Of a stretch of DNA of 64,000 bases, positions 41,437 through 53,517 are shown piece after piece. This DNA is from Macrostomum lignano (taxonomy: Eukaryota), in the NCBI GenBank assembly GCA_002269645.1, contig NIVC01003221.1:1-64000 (forward strand). The letters are read 5' to 3'. Under the pieces are notes generated by a model that was not told the DNA's origin, ran no database searches, and saw only the letters and a program-made list of their open reading frames with translations. Both the position numbers and the translations under genes were made by a program. Position 1 is the first letter of the stretch. The number at the start of each line of letters is the position of its first letter.

Positions 41437-44400
41437 ATGGATCTGAGTCAAAGCCGCCAGGGTGGCGCCCGATGCAGTTCAACCGACGAGGACGTTGAAA
41501 TAGACGTCGAGGGAGATGGAGGAGAAGGAGAAGACGACTACGAAGCAAACAAAACCGCGAATTCAAGATGGTCTCAATCGCCATCATCGAAGCGTTCGAA
41601 GTTCGAATTCGACGATGACAATTCGGAGGAATCGGATAGCGCAGATCCGCTGGCCAGGTTCATGATCGTGTGCGACAGTGAGAAGGTCAAGTGGCGACAG
41701 CTAATCGATCGGCACAGGGGGCATCAGCCGCCGAATCGTTGCGGCGAGTGTCAAAGAGATTTCCGGTGTCGGAGCGCGCTGATGACGCACTACAGGACTC
41801 ATACAGGTAAGACTCGGGGGGGGGGGTCAGACGGGACGGGTTAAAAAGTTTTTGGGATCGGAATCCTACCTCTAAAACATAAACTGTTGAAGTTACTACT
41901 GATAATTGGTTATCAGTAGTCTAACGTCAATATATTGTCTTGACGTCAAAATAACGCACTGCCACTGAGTTTGCAATTGAGACGTAAACAATTTAATTTC
42001 AATTTAACAATTTAATCTGTTATATTTCCAGCACTACCAAAGTTTCTCGTTTCCCTTCAGTTAATGTTGACCCAGACAGATTAACATTAAATTTACAGCA
42101 TTATTGTACTTTGCGTGCGTATTTTGCAGGAAAAACAAAGCATATTAAGTATTCACAATGTGCCGCTTGTTATTTATTACTTTAGGGGCGCGAGACGAAA
42201 CTTCTTAAACTAAGAAGTTTAATAGTAACTTATAATAGAATTAGTAAGTAATATTAATAATAACAGACCTCTAGTTAAACTTATACGCCGTATTGAAAAG
42301 AATTGGTTAAAATTCGTTGGTCGCGTTTCGTCAGTTCATTTCTCATTCCCGGGCCCATCCTCAACTCCTTATCAGTATCAGCGCCCAGACATTTTTATTA
42401 CATCGACCGGGCCGGGGGGAGGATGGTGGGTGGGGGTTTAAAATTAAATTCAATTCAAACCACTAGCGGGCGCGCGCGGCGGGGGGTTTCCATCAGAAGC
42501 CGCCACCACCCCATTTCTCGTCCCCCTCCGGGTTAGGCTTTACGCCTACCAAAAACTCTCCTTTAAACTTGTGTGCAGATTCAAACTTTAAATTTTAATT
42601 ACAATTAAGACGCGACTGTCCGTTAAACAACTGTGTAAGTTCTGCTTGCACTTAACCGCTATTAATAACAACTTAGCTTAGATTGTAAACAACTATTTTT
42701 GTTTTACTGTAAATTTTATGCTATACTGCAAGACTAAAGATTAATAAACACATAGTTAAACTGGTTAATTATTAATGGCAAGAATAAAATCATAGAAATT
42801 GATTTTATTACAATGAATAACTACCGTCTCAAACTTTAAGGCTCACTCAATATGTACTTCTCAAGATAGCCAATAGGCGTGCTCGAATTTTTGTCATTTT
42901 CAGTTAGAATTTATTAAAGATAGTCGTATCATATCTGGCTACCGCTCGTGCCAGGCCGTGAAACTTAAAAATTTTCTTTGAACTGAGTAAAAAACAGTTA
43001 CATTTGTTGAAACTTTGACCTTCACTTGACTCGTAACTCTTTTGTGTTGATTTTTTTCAGTTCGAACTTATGAGGGTGTGGCACACTGACGCTCTCAGGG
43101 TTTTTTATTTGGCTTTAAGCTTAATCATCAATTTGATAAGATAGTTAATTGTGCCAGTGCGTGCTGTCATGTTGTTAAAAAAGGCAGAAAAATGGAAATG
43201 ACAAATTCGATATCAAACCGACTCTTAACTCTAATGCCATGCATATTCCTTCCATACCAGACGAGCGACCTTACCTGTGCTCCATCTGCCAGAAGAGCTT
43301 CGCCACCAAAGGCAATCTAAAGTCGCATCTGAACGTGCACCCTGAAGCTCAGCAGCTGCTGCAGCAGAAACTGCCCAACTCTGACTGTAGCAGCAGCTCA
43401 ACCGCAGCTTGTACAATGGCTCCGACCCCGAACCCCCCAGCTCAGGAGCCGCTGCAGCAGCCCAGTGCGCTGATCAGTAATTCTATGAAATCAACCACTA
43501 GCGGCTGCTTCTTTAGCAATGACGATCGGCCAACTTGGATGCTGGATAAAATGGTGAGAGAGAATTTTATTGAACTCTCAAACCCGAAATATCACAAAAC
43601 CAAACTGTCACAAACCCAAAATATCACAAACCCAAAATATCACAAACCCAAAATATCACAAACCCAAAATATCACAAACCCAAAATATCACAAACCCAAA
43701 ATATCACAAACCCAAACTGTCACAAACTCGAAAATAACAAACCCGAAATATCATAAACCCAAAATATCAGAAATCCGAAATTCCACACCCGAAATGTCAC
43801 AAACCCGAAATGTCACAAACCCGAAATGTCACAAACCCGAAATTCCACAACCGAAATATCACAAACACAAAATATAACAAACCCAAGATATCACAAACCC
43901 GAAATTCCACAACCGAAATATCACAAACCCGTAGCATCACAAACCCGAAATTCCACACCCGAAATGTCACAAACCCGAAATTCCACAACCGAAATATCAC
44001 AAACACAAAATATAACAAACCCGAAATATCACAAACCCGAAATATCACAAACCCGAAATGTCACAAACCCGAAATATAACAAACCCGAAATATCACAAAC
44101 CCGAAATATCACAAACCCGAAATATCACAAACCCGAAATATCACAAACCGAAATATCACAAACACAAAAAATCACAACTCCGAAAGCACGTCTGATCATA
44201 AACCCATCATTATAGTAAAAAAGTGGTGCCCTATTGTCAAACATCAGAACGACACACTGAAATAGCCAGTTTTCACAGTATTAATCAATGCCACTTGAAA
44301 ACTAACAAAAATAACGCCCAATCCATATTTCCCATTTCCACAGGCATCCCAATTCCTCAAGCCGTTTCATCAGCCACCCCAGACGGAACCGCTCGAGCTG

Positions 44401-46005
44401 ACAAAGTACAGCGCCGTTAGCAACAGCGGCGAAATTCTGCCGCTTCTGCCGCTTAGCACCCAGCAGCCCTCACGGCCACCAACTGCGGCAAACACGTGCG
44501 AATTGTGTGGCAAATCCTGCAGCTGTCGGAGCGCTTTAGAAATTCACATGCGAACGCATACGAAAGAGAAACCGTTCCACTGCGGCCAGTGCGGCAAGGG
44601 ATTCAGCACCAAGGGCAATATGAAACAGCACGAGCTGACGCACAGGTAAGTTCAAGTTTTATATTGGTTAAGAAGGCTTATAAATGAATAAAGGATTAGT
44701 GAATCTATAAAAATTAAATCTCTTTAGTTATTTTCAAATTTCTTTATCTTTAGGACTTAATGTTTATATGTCCCGGTAGAGGATTAAAGGACTTGGTAGA
44801 GGATTAATGGACCTGATAAAGGATTAGAGGACTTGGTTGAGAATTAGAGGGCCTGATAAAGGATTAGAGAACCTGGTTGAGGATTAGAGGACCTGACAAA
44901 GGAATAGATGACCTGACAAAGGATTAGTGGACCTGAAAAAGGATTAGAGGACCTGAAAAAGGATTAGAGGACCTGGTAGAGGATCGGAGTAGACGACCTG
45001 GTAGAGGATCGGATTAGAGGACCTGGTAGAGGATCGGAGTAGAGGACCTGGTAGAGGATCGGAGTAGAGGACCTGGTAGAGGATCGGAGTAGAGGACCTG
45101 GTAGAGGATCGGAGTAGACGACCTGGTAGAGGATCGGAGTAGAAGACCTGGTAGAGGATTGGAGTAGAGGACCTGGTAGAGGATTGGAGTAGAGGACCTG
45201 GTAGAGGATTGGAGTAGAGGACCTAATAAAGTCTTAAAGAACATGAGTTAAAGCTCGAAGACTTGTTGAGGACTCAACACACCTAAACGCTGTTCCCTAA
45301 TTACATAAATAGGGGTTAACAAAGTCGTTTCAACTTCCATTCCCAATCAGCAGGCGCAATATGCGTCAGCCGGAGGATCCTAAGCCGACGCCGCCGCGGC
45401 CCACCACGCCGGTTCAACTGCCGTCGGCCAATCAAGCCATTGAGGAAGACGCTGCAGCAGCGACTACGTCGACACCGATGGCCGCGCCATCTCTGCAGCA
45501 GCAGCAGCAGCAGCAGCAGCCCATTAAACAGCGCAGTCGAGTTTGCGAGCACTGCAATAAAGAGTGCCCAACCCGTTCGGCCCTGGAGATTCACCGTCGT
45601 TCGCACACCGGCGAAAAACCGTACAGATGCCCCAGCTGTTCAAAGAGGTTTTCCACTCAAGGCAACATGCAGGCTCACATACGCCGGCACTGCCCGCAGA
45701 GCAAAGCCGAGGACAGCGTCTCTAAGGTGTCGCCAAAGCTGCAGCCAGTAGCGCAGCCTCCGCAACCGCTGGTGGACTTCATCGGAGCTCCACCGTTATT
45801 GCCGGCGACGCAGTTTCCGCTGCCAATTCTGCCGCAGCCAAATCACCAGCTCATGCTGTACTCGATGGCCGCGGCATTAGCGCCGCTGCCGCCGCCAGCA
45901 TTCAATCAGCCGTTTGCCTACAACAATTTCGTGCTCGACAATGGATTGTCCTCGGCGTTTCGACCCGTGCTAGCGTTCGATTCGGCCAATCAGAATCAGA
46001 TTTGA
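41437..46005 (+). CDS. SALL: Spalt/SALL-like C2H2 transcription factor with three double-finger clusters
   Basis: Exons 41437-41806, 43261-43553, 44344-44645 and 45354-46005 are all phase-compatible. Finger pairs: [44 protein letters not shown]; [44 protein letters not shown]; [44 protein letters not shown]. These carry the SAL box (F(S/T)TKGNLK) and SALxxH signatures. The reading frame is open upstream to an acceptor at 41361. Confidence 0.92.
43575..44175. repeat. 16-bp minisatellite (AAACCCGAAATATCAC), SALL intron 2
   Basis: Period visible; starts ~20 bp after donor 43554. Confidence 0.92.
44775..45225. repeat. 20-bp grading into 25-bp minisatellite (GAGGACCTGGTAGAGGAT...), SALL intron 3
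   Basis: Period visible. Confidence 0.92.
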
Positions 46006-48069
46006 AACTGGCCGGTTGCGCAGTTGAGGACTGAGAAGCATTTAAGAGAAAGATTGATTTAAAAACATTTATTTTTAGGTCTTCAAGATTCTACTCTCAG
46101 TAGCATGCCCAGGTTTTTGCTCTGTAATATTTAGTAGTAATATTTCTATTTATAGTTTGATGTTCGGCTTCTACGCTCGTAGTATGGGAATCGATGCTTC
46201 CGTATTGCTTGTCTTTTTTCTCCCGCAATTGATGCATAGGAATTGTGGCAGTCCCAGTTTTTACCTATTTTACCTTTTAAAATGGTGCTATCTAGTAATT
46301 TTAGAGTTATATACAAGCATTATCTAGGGCTGATAGTAGTGTATTGTGCGTTATACGTGTCCAAGCGCCCGTGTGGTTGCGGCAGCTCAAACTTTTTATC
46401 ATTATTTTAATTTAACAGTCGGTTTCAGGGTTTTCATTTTGTTTCAGTATCTGATATTCTCTGTCTGCTAGTTTGTTTGCATTGCTAGAAAATTTGTCTT
46501 GCTCATTTTTTATGATTTAATTTACGCTCGCATTCTGTTGTCAAAGGGACTTTGATTTGTACTTGTAATTAATTAAAACCGCCATTTTCAGTTCATTTGC
46601 CACTTACTGATGCATGCGGTGTCAATCTTACTTTTTCTATCTAGAATTAAAAAATGCATAAGACTTCTTGTTTCTCTTGCTCGCCCTTGTGTTAAAGTTT
46701 CATTGCACTGATACTCACTGTTAACTTTTTATTGCACATGTTGATTCCTTTAACAAAAGATCTTTTTGTGCATCGTAGCTCGCAAGAAAATTAATTCCCA
46801 TTCCCGTCGAATATACCACTACTAACTTGGTATTTAGTTTACATATTTTCGCACGCTTCAAATAATAATGATGCTTGTAACTGTTTCGTTTCGTTTAAAA
46901 ATATACAAAAAATTCTAAAGGTAGTGCGCTATGCCATCCTTGATAAAATAAACGATTCTCTTTTTTTGCTTTTGCTGCGCCCGAAACAGTGTTAGTCTGT
47001 TAAAGGTGCCGACGGCGTCGGGGTGATGGCGAAATGCTTAAGACTCTGAGGATGTCCAGCAGTTGTTATTTGCCCACTGTCGAGTCTCGATCAGCGAAAC
47101 TCGAGAAATTTGAAACAGCGTGTCTATGCCAGTGGTGCCACCTGTGTAAGGTCCAGACTAGAAGCTCCGCCTGGGTAAAGGCCAGTGAACAACGAAGTCA
47201 GCTGATGCAGAGACATGTGGTCGACGTGTCGATTAAATTGGAGGCTTGGCAATTGGGCTGCAACTGAGGCTCAAGTTCTGATTGGCGCACAGGGGTGCAT
47301 TGAATACACTACTGGCGCTTATGGGAAAAATCCTGCGTTCTGGCAAAATTGTCGAATATCTCGACGGTCTGGAGGGCTGGCGACTTTTGGTTCTTGCTTG
47401 AAAAGGCGCGCAACAAAAAGTTAGTCACGTGCTCTTGAATTTCGTGTTGCCTCCATTGCTACGTTCCGGGCGAAAAAAAACGGAAAGGTATTCCTACTGT
47501 TAATACGAGGTCAAACCTTAGCGTCGCTGAAATAAAAATATGTACTTCTTCATCGCTCTCTTGTTGTGAACCCTCGCAAATGTGATGGAAGGGAGCTAGT
47601 AAACCGAGACTATAGAAACTTGACTTAGGAGATTTAGATTTCAGCCTACGGGATTTGGATAATTTAAGTTTATTAGTAAAAAATTCAATTAAGACACAAT
47701 GAATAGTGAGCCTCAGAGTCGTGAAAGCGTTTGTCTGCTTGCTTGCATTAGCGGAAAACTGAATTAATTATCTAACAATACTTGACCTGTCGACCACAAT
47801 GTTTCAATATCGTAAGAAAAAGGGATCATATTAAAATGAACTGAAAATCAGTATACAGTAGTAACTAGCCAGATCCACACTTTTACTTCTTTAAATACTT
47901 GATTGTTGAAAACTTTCTGTTTTTTATTTAATTAAAACTGTATAAAAGTTTTACTTGCTCTCGCATTATTTATTTTATCGTTTCTGAGAAACAAATTTTT
48001 GTGAATACATTTTTGAATTAAAAATTCTTGCGACGAAATTTTTAAAGCTCAATGATGTTGAAATTAAAC

Positions 48070-48650
48070 TTTGAGATTCTAACCCTGTAACTTTATTATC
48101 TGGCTACTTTCAAAGAACCTGACACTATAAAACAATAATAGAAGTCTAGATATCTATTATCTTAGAATAATAGAAGACAAGGCCAAAGTAATACTTTATT
48201 CATGTTTTAGCCTGTACAAAATTTGTTTCTTTTTTCAATCTTTATTATTTTACTTTTTAAATTACTACACAGTTAGACTTTTACTAAGCTAAAATTTTTG
48301 TATTGCTTCAACTTTTTGCAATATTATTAATATTATTCTCATTGATTATAGAACTATTGTTTATTTATAGCAATGCTTTTTATGAAAGGCTTTATGCTAT
48401 CTATTTGAAATTTGTCCTTATACTATCATTATGAAAAAAATGTTTGCAAAAATCTTTTATCTGCCTAATTATGTCTAGACTAACAATTGATGAGGCTTTG
48501 AATTAAGCCACAAACCATATTTTGAATAAATATAAGCCTATTTGACATTCTATTTTATATTGTATATGATAATTCATTTTTTAGTCTATGTTTTTAATTT
48601 TATTATATTATTTTAATCTTCTAGAAGGAAAGTTTAATAGGGCATATAAA
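48070..48650 (-). pseudogene. Probable highly decayed LINE (CR1/L2-like) reverse-transcriptase relic
   Basis: The minus strand has collinear remnants resembling QYGF, KAFDKV (AAAGCCTTTCATAAAA), GSILGP and ADD.K motifs, all interrupted by stops; eyeball match only. Confidence 0.3.
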
Positions 48651-49541
48651 TTATAATAATAAATAATTGAACTATTAATAATAATACATTGGTTATTTTG
48701 TTATATAGTATTTAAAAAATAATAAAATTAAATTAAACTCTAAAGACATTGTTTTAGAATTGAATCAAAAAGGGTATGTCTCATTTTTTTTATTAATTTT
48801 AATTTTTATAAATTTTATAGCATATTTCTCTTTTTCTAATATTCTTTTTATTAATTATATTTTTTATTCTTTCATTATTGAAGTTTATCAATATTTTGTT
48901 ATGTTAAATATAGTAATATATTAAAATATAGTATTATATTTTTATATTCTACAACTTTAAAATCTTGTTTATAACATTAATATTATATCTAATAGAGCAA
49001 AGCAATTTTTTTAATAATATATTTTTACCTAGTCTTTTTTCTTAATTCTAAACCATATAATGTGGTATTGAAGCGGGCAGTAGCTACTGCGTGCAGACTT
49101 GAAATTGTATTTGTGGAGAGCAAAAGGTTCTTATAAGCGTCTGCGCACAATCAGGTTAAATAGGCCAACGCGCTAGTTAGTCAATCAACCCCAACCCCCA
49201 CGTAGCTCAGGCTGGGTGGGCAAACCCCTACCCCTAATCTCCGGGGTTGGTGGCGCATAGACGCGGCATGATGAGCAGGGAGCGCGAGGGCATCTAAACG
49301 GCCATCTTCAGGTGTGCTTGCACTTGTCCGCCACACGGCTCCCCCCCAGTGGTGGCCTCCAGTACTCGACAGCAACGGCGGTGTGGCTGGCGGCGCCGCG
49401 GCGGGCGGCGGCGCAGTGGTTGGGCCATCGTGGCGCCTGGGATGGTAGGCTCGCGCGGTGGGTGCCCCCTTGGCCGAATTTTAGGCATCGAAACTGGGCC
49501 GCTGGCTGGCCGCTGGCTGGGCCGCTGGCCGCTGGCTTGAG

Positions 49542-52445
49542 CTAGTCCACCGACACAAAGTCCCGCCTAGTGACGAGGTCGAGGGGGAAAGCCTTAGCGC
49601 CGCGCTCCAGCACCTTGAAAGGACCTAGATAAGGCGGTTGCAGCGCCGGTTGGTGCCTGTCGCGGCAGACGAAGACGTGCGTGCAGGTATCCAAGACAGC
49701 AGGCAGGGCGGTAGGGTGGCGGCCATGCTGGGAGGTCGGTGGCGGTGCGGAAAGCCTGCATGGCCTGGCGCAGGCGTGTGAGGAACCCGTCATGGCCCGT
49801 AGGCGAGCTGGCCTGCAGACACTCGCCCGGCACCGCCAGTGGGACTCTGTACACCAACTCCGCCAATGACGTGCCAAGATCCTCCTTGGGAGTGGTGCGG
49901 ATGCCGAGCAACACCCAGGGCAGCTCGGCAGTCCAGGACGGCCCCGTCAGCCGCGCTATCAGGGAAGCCTTGAGCTGCTGGTGGAACTGCTCCACAAGCC
50001 CATTGGCCTGTGGGTGGAAGGCCATTGTCTAGTGCAGCTGCGTGCTAAGCAAGCGGGACACATTGGACCACAGCTCCGAGGTGAACTGCGGGCCGCGGTC
50101 TGACGTGAGGTCGCTTGGCACACCAAAATGGGCAATCCAGTGCGCGATAAATGCGGCCACACAGGTAGCGGAATTGCTTCCGGCCAACGCGTGAACCGGT
50201 CGACAACAGTCAGCAGGTGCGAGCACCCTTGAGAGTGCGGAAGCGGGCCCACCAGGTCGATGTGCACGTGCGCGAAGTGGTCGCGGGGCACCGGGATGCT
50301 GTCTGGCGGGCTGACAACATGCTGCTGCACCTTAGTCGTCTGGCAGGGGAGGCAGCTGCGAGCCCAACGGCCGACGTCGCGGTTGAGGCCAGGCCAGACG
50401 AAACGGTCTGCAACGAGGCGGCGGGAGCTGCGGATTGATGGGTGCGGGAGGCCGTGGATGGCGTCGAACACCGGCCGTCGGAATTCGGGCGGCACCAGCG
50501 GGCGGGAGTGGCCGGTGGAGACGTCGCAGAGCAGCTCCAGGCCTAGGCGGAGGGTCACCTGCTCTAGTTGGAGGCCGGAGCCGGGCGGCGGCAACTCAGT
50601 CGGGGCATGCTGGGCCTGCAACATCGCGGCAAAATCGATGCCGGGTAGCATGCTGGCCACGGTGCAGCGGGACAGCGCGTCGGCCACCGGATTGTTTTTG
50701 CCGGCGATGTGCTGGACGTCCGTGGTGAATTCGCTCACGTACGCCAGGTGCCGCTGCTGCCGAGCGGACCACGGGTCGGACAGCTTGGCCATGGCGGCGG
50801 CCAACGGCTTGTGGTCTGTGTAGGCTGTGAAGTGGCGCCCCTCAAGGAGGTAACAGAAATGGCGGACCGCTAGGTACAGTGCCAGGAGCTCGCGGTCGAA
50901 GGCACTGTACTTTACCTCCGCAGGTCGCAACTGCCGGCTGAAGAATGCGAGCGGCTGCCAGGCGGGGCCGACACGCTGCTCGAGGACGGCGCCCACGGCG
51001 GTGTCAGAAGCATCTACGGTGAGGGCCAGCGGCGCGTCGGGCCTGGGGTGCGCCAGCATGGTCGCGTCGGCCAGCGCCTGCTTGGTCTTGTCGAAGGCCT
51101 CGGTCAGCTCCGGCGTCCACCGCACCAGCTTCTCCTTGCCGGCCATGGCCTGGTAGATCGGGCGCAGCAACCGGGCTGCGCGGGGCACGAAGCGGTGATA
51201 GAAGTTCACCATGCCGGCAAACTCCTGGAGACCCTTCACCGTCGTGGGCGGCGCGAACCTGGCGACTGCGTCGACCTTGTCCGGCAGCGGCATGGCGCCC
51301 GCAGCGCTGATCCTGTGGCCGAGGAAATCGATCTCGCTGCGGCCAAACTGGCACTTGGCTGGGTTGAGCAACAGGCCGTTGTCGGCGAGGCGCTGGAACA
51401 GCTTCCGCAGGTGCTCCTCGTGCTGCTCGGGGCTGCTGCTGGCGACCAGGAAATCGTCGATGTACGCGAAGACGGCCGGCAGGTCCTGGCAGATCGAATC
51501 TACTAACCGCTGGAAGGCCTGTGCCGCATTTTTCAACCCGAACGGCATGCGGAGGAACTCAAACAACCCAAACGGTGTAATGACGGCGGTCTTCGGGATG
51601 TCCGTTTGCGCGACCGGGATCTGGTGGTAGCCCCGCACCAGGTCGATCTTCGAGAACACTGTGCAGCCGCTCAGGCGCGCTGAGAAATCCTGGATATGCG
51701 GCACGGGGTAGCGGTCGGGCACCGTGGCGTCATTGAGCCGCCGGAAATCGCCGCAGGGCCGCCAACCGCCGGAAGTCTTGGGCACCATGTGCAGCGGCGA
51801 GGACCAGGGGCTGCTGGACCGCCGCACAATGCCGAGCTGCTCCAGGTTGCGAAACTCTTCCTTGGCCGCGGCCAGCTTGTCGGGCGGCAGGCGGCGCGCT
51901 CTAGCGTGCACCGGCGGGCCCGTCGTCGGGATGTAGTGCTCCACGCCGTGCCGCGGCGTGGCTTTGCTGAAGCTGGGCTCCGTGATGCTGGGGAACTCCG
52001 CCAGCAGCCGGCTGTACGGGTCCCTGGCAACCGCGGCGGCGAGCTGAGGCGCAGAACCGGAGCCAGCCAGCAATTGCACACTGGCCAGGGAGGCGGCGTC
52101 CAGAAGGCGGCGGTTGGGCAGGTCCACCAGCAGGCCGTGGTGGCGCAGGAAGTCGGCGCCGATCAACGGCCGGGAGACCTCGGCCAAAACGAATGGCCAG
52201 GTGCAGGTCTTCAGGCCGACGTCCAGTGTGATGCTGCGGCCGCCGAAGGTTCGGATGCGGGTGCCGTTCGCGGCGAACAGCGGCGGGCCAGGTGAACGGG
52301 CGCGGGCATCATCTGCAGAGGCTGGGAAAATGCTTACCTCGGCGCCTGTGTCCACCAGGAACCGCCGGCCGGATGGGACGTCGGGGATGAGCAGCAGGTT
52401 GCCGGCCGCCGCGATGGTCACTGGCGGCGGGCCGGCCCGTTTCCC
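49542..52445 (-). pseudogene. pol: pol (protease, RT, RNase H, integrase); integrase disrupted
   Basis: [68 protein letters not shown]. Frameshift near 50180, TAG at 50029-50031 and a later frameshift. Confidence 0.93.
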
Positions 52446-53121
52446 GGAAAGCTGCAGGGCTGCTCGCATTGCCTAGCCTTCGCGCCGAACTTGCGGTGGA
52501 AGTAGCACAGCTCCTGGGCGCGGGTGCCGCGGTGCCCAGGCCGGGGCGACGTGGTGCGGAGACGCGCAGCCTGACGCGCAGCGCAAACCTCCGGCGGACC
52601 TGCCAACTGGGCGGAAGCGGCCACTGGCTGGGGCCGGCTGGCCCAGAGCTGGTCGGCGAGCTGCGCGACTGCCCGGGGTCTTCGAAGTCGGCGGATGCGA
52701 GCGCCATCCGGATGTCCACGGGCAGCTGCTGGCGGAACAGCTCCTCAAAGAGCAGGCAAGGCCGGTGATCACCAAGCAGGGCCAGCATCTCGTCCATCAT
52801 CTCGGACGGGCGGCGATCTCCCAGGCCGGACATGCTGAGCAAACGGCTAGCTCGCTGCTGCCGGGTGAGACTGAAAGTGCCGAGCAGGCGCCCTTTCAGT
52901 TTGCCGTATTTGTCCTCGCTCGGAGGGCTTTCCAGAACGTCCAGCAGGAGCTCGGCGGTTTGTTGATCAAGCGAGGCGACCAAGTGGTGATGCTTGGTGT
53001 CGTCCTGGGTGTTACCGCGCAGCTGGAACTGGGCCTTTGCCTGGATGAACCACGCGCGTGGCTGCATGGCCCAAAACGTGGGCAGCTTGAGTGCAACAGT
53101 TGACTCAGTGGGTGGCGCCAT
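52418..53121 (-). pseudogene. gag: gag with one frameshift; CHCC zinc knuckle
   Basis: MAPPTE..KLPTFWAMQPRAWF..LGDRRPSEM. A 1-bp deletion near 52675 separates this from [29 protein letters not shown] (C-x2-H-x9-C-x3-C). Confidence 0.88.
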
Positions 53122-53517
53122 GTGTTAGACGAAATGGCGGGTTGTCGGGCTCACCAATGAAGCGGGCAGTAGCTACTGCGTGCAGACTTGAAATTTTATT
53201 TGCGGAGAGCAAAAGGTTCTCATAAGCATCTGCGCACAATCAGGTTAAATAGGCCAACGCGCTAGTTAGTCAGTCAACCCCAACCCCCACGTAGCTCAGG
53301 CTGGGTGGGCGAACCCCCACCCCTAATCTCCGGGGTTGGTGGCGCATAGACGCGGCGTGATGAGCAGGGAGCGCGAGGGCATCTAAACGGCCGTCTTCAG
53401 GTGTGCTTGCACTTGTCCGCCACAGTATATAATTAATGTATATGTTGTATTTACTTATGGTTTGCTATAGAGTCAGTTTAAAGTCACAAAAATATTCTTC
53501 TACTTCCTGACTAGACA

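Larger units (their letters stand above)
49069..53424 (-). mobile_element. Full-length Ty3/Gypsy LTR retrotransposon, CsRn1-like, inactivated
   Basis: LTRs 49069-49335 and 53158-53424 are 267 bp each, TG...CA, with 9 mismatches. Target duplication GTAT. PBS TGGTGAGCCCGAC at 53144-53156; PPT GGGGGGGAG at ~49339-49347. Domain order gag-PR-RT-RH-IN. Confidence 0.97.

Noticed and set aside
50217-53103. Many + strand ORFs within the retroelement
   Set aside because: Expected antisense openness of high-GC pol sequence; no recognisable domains.
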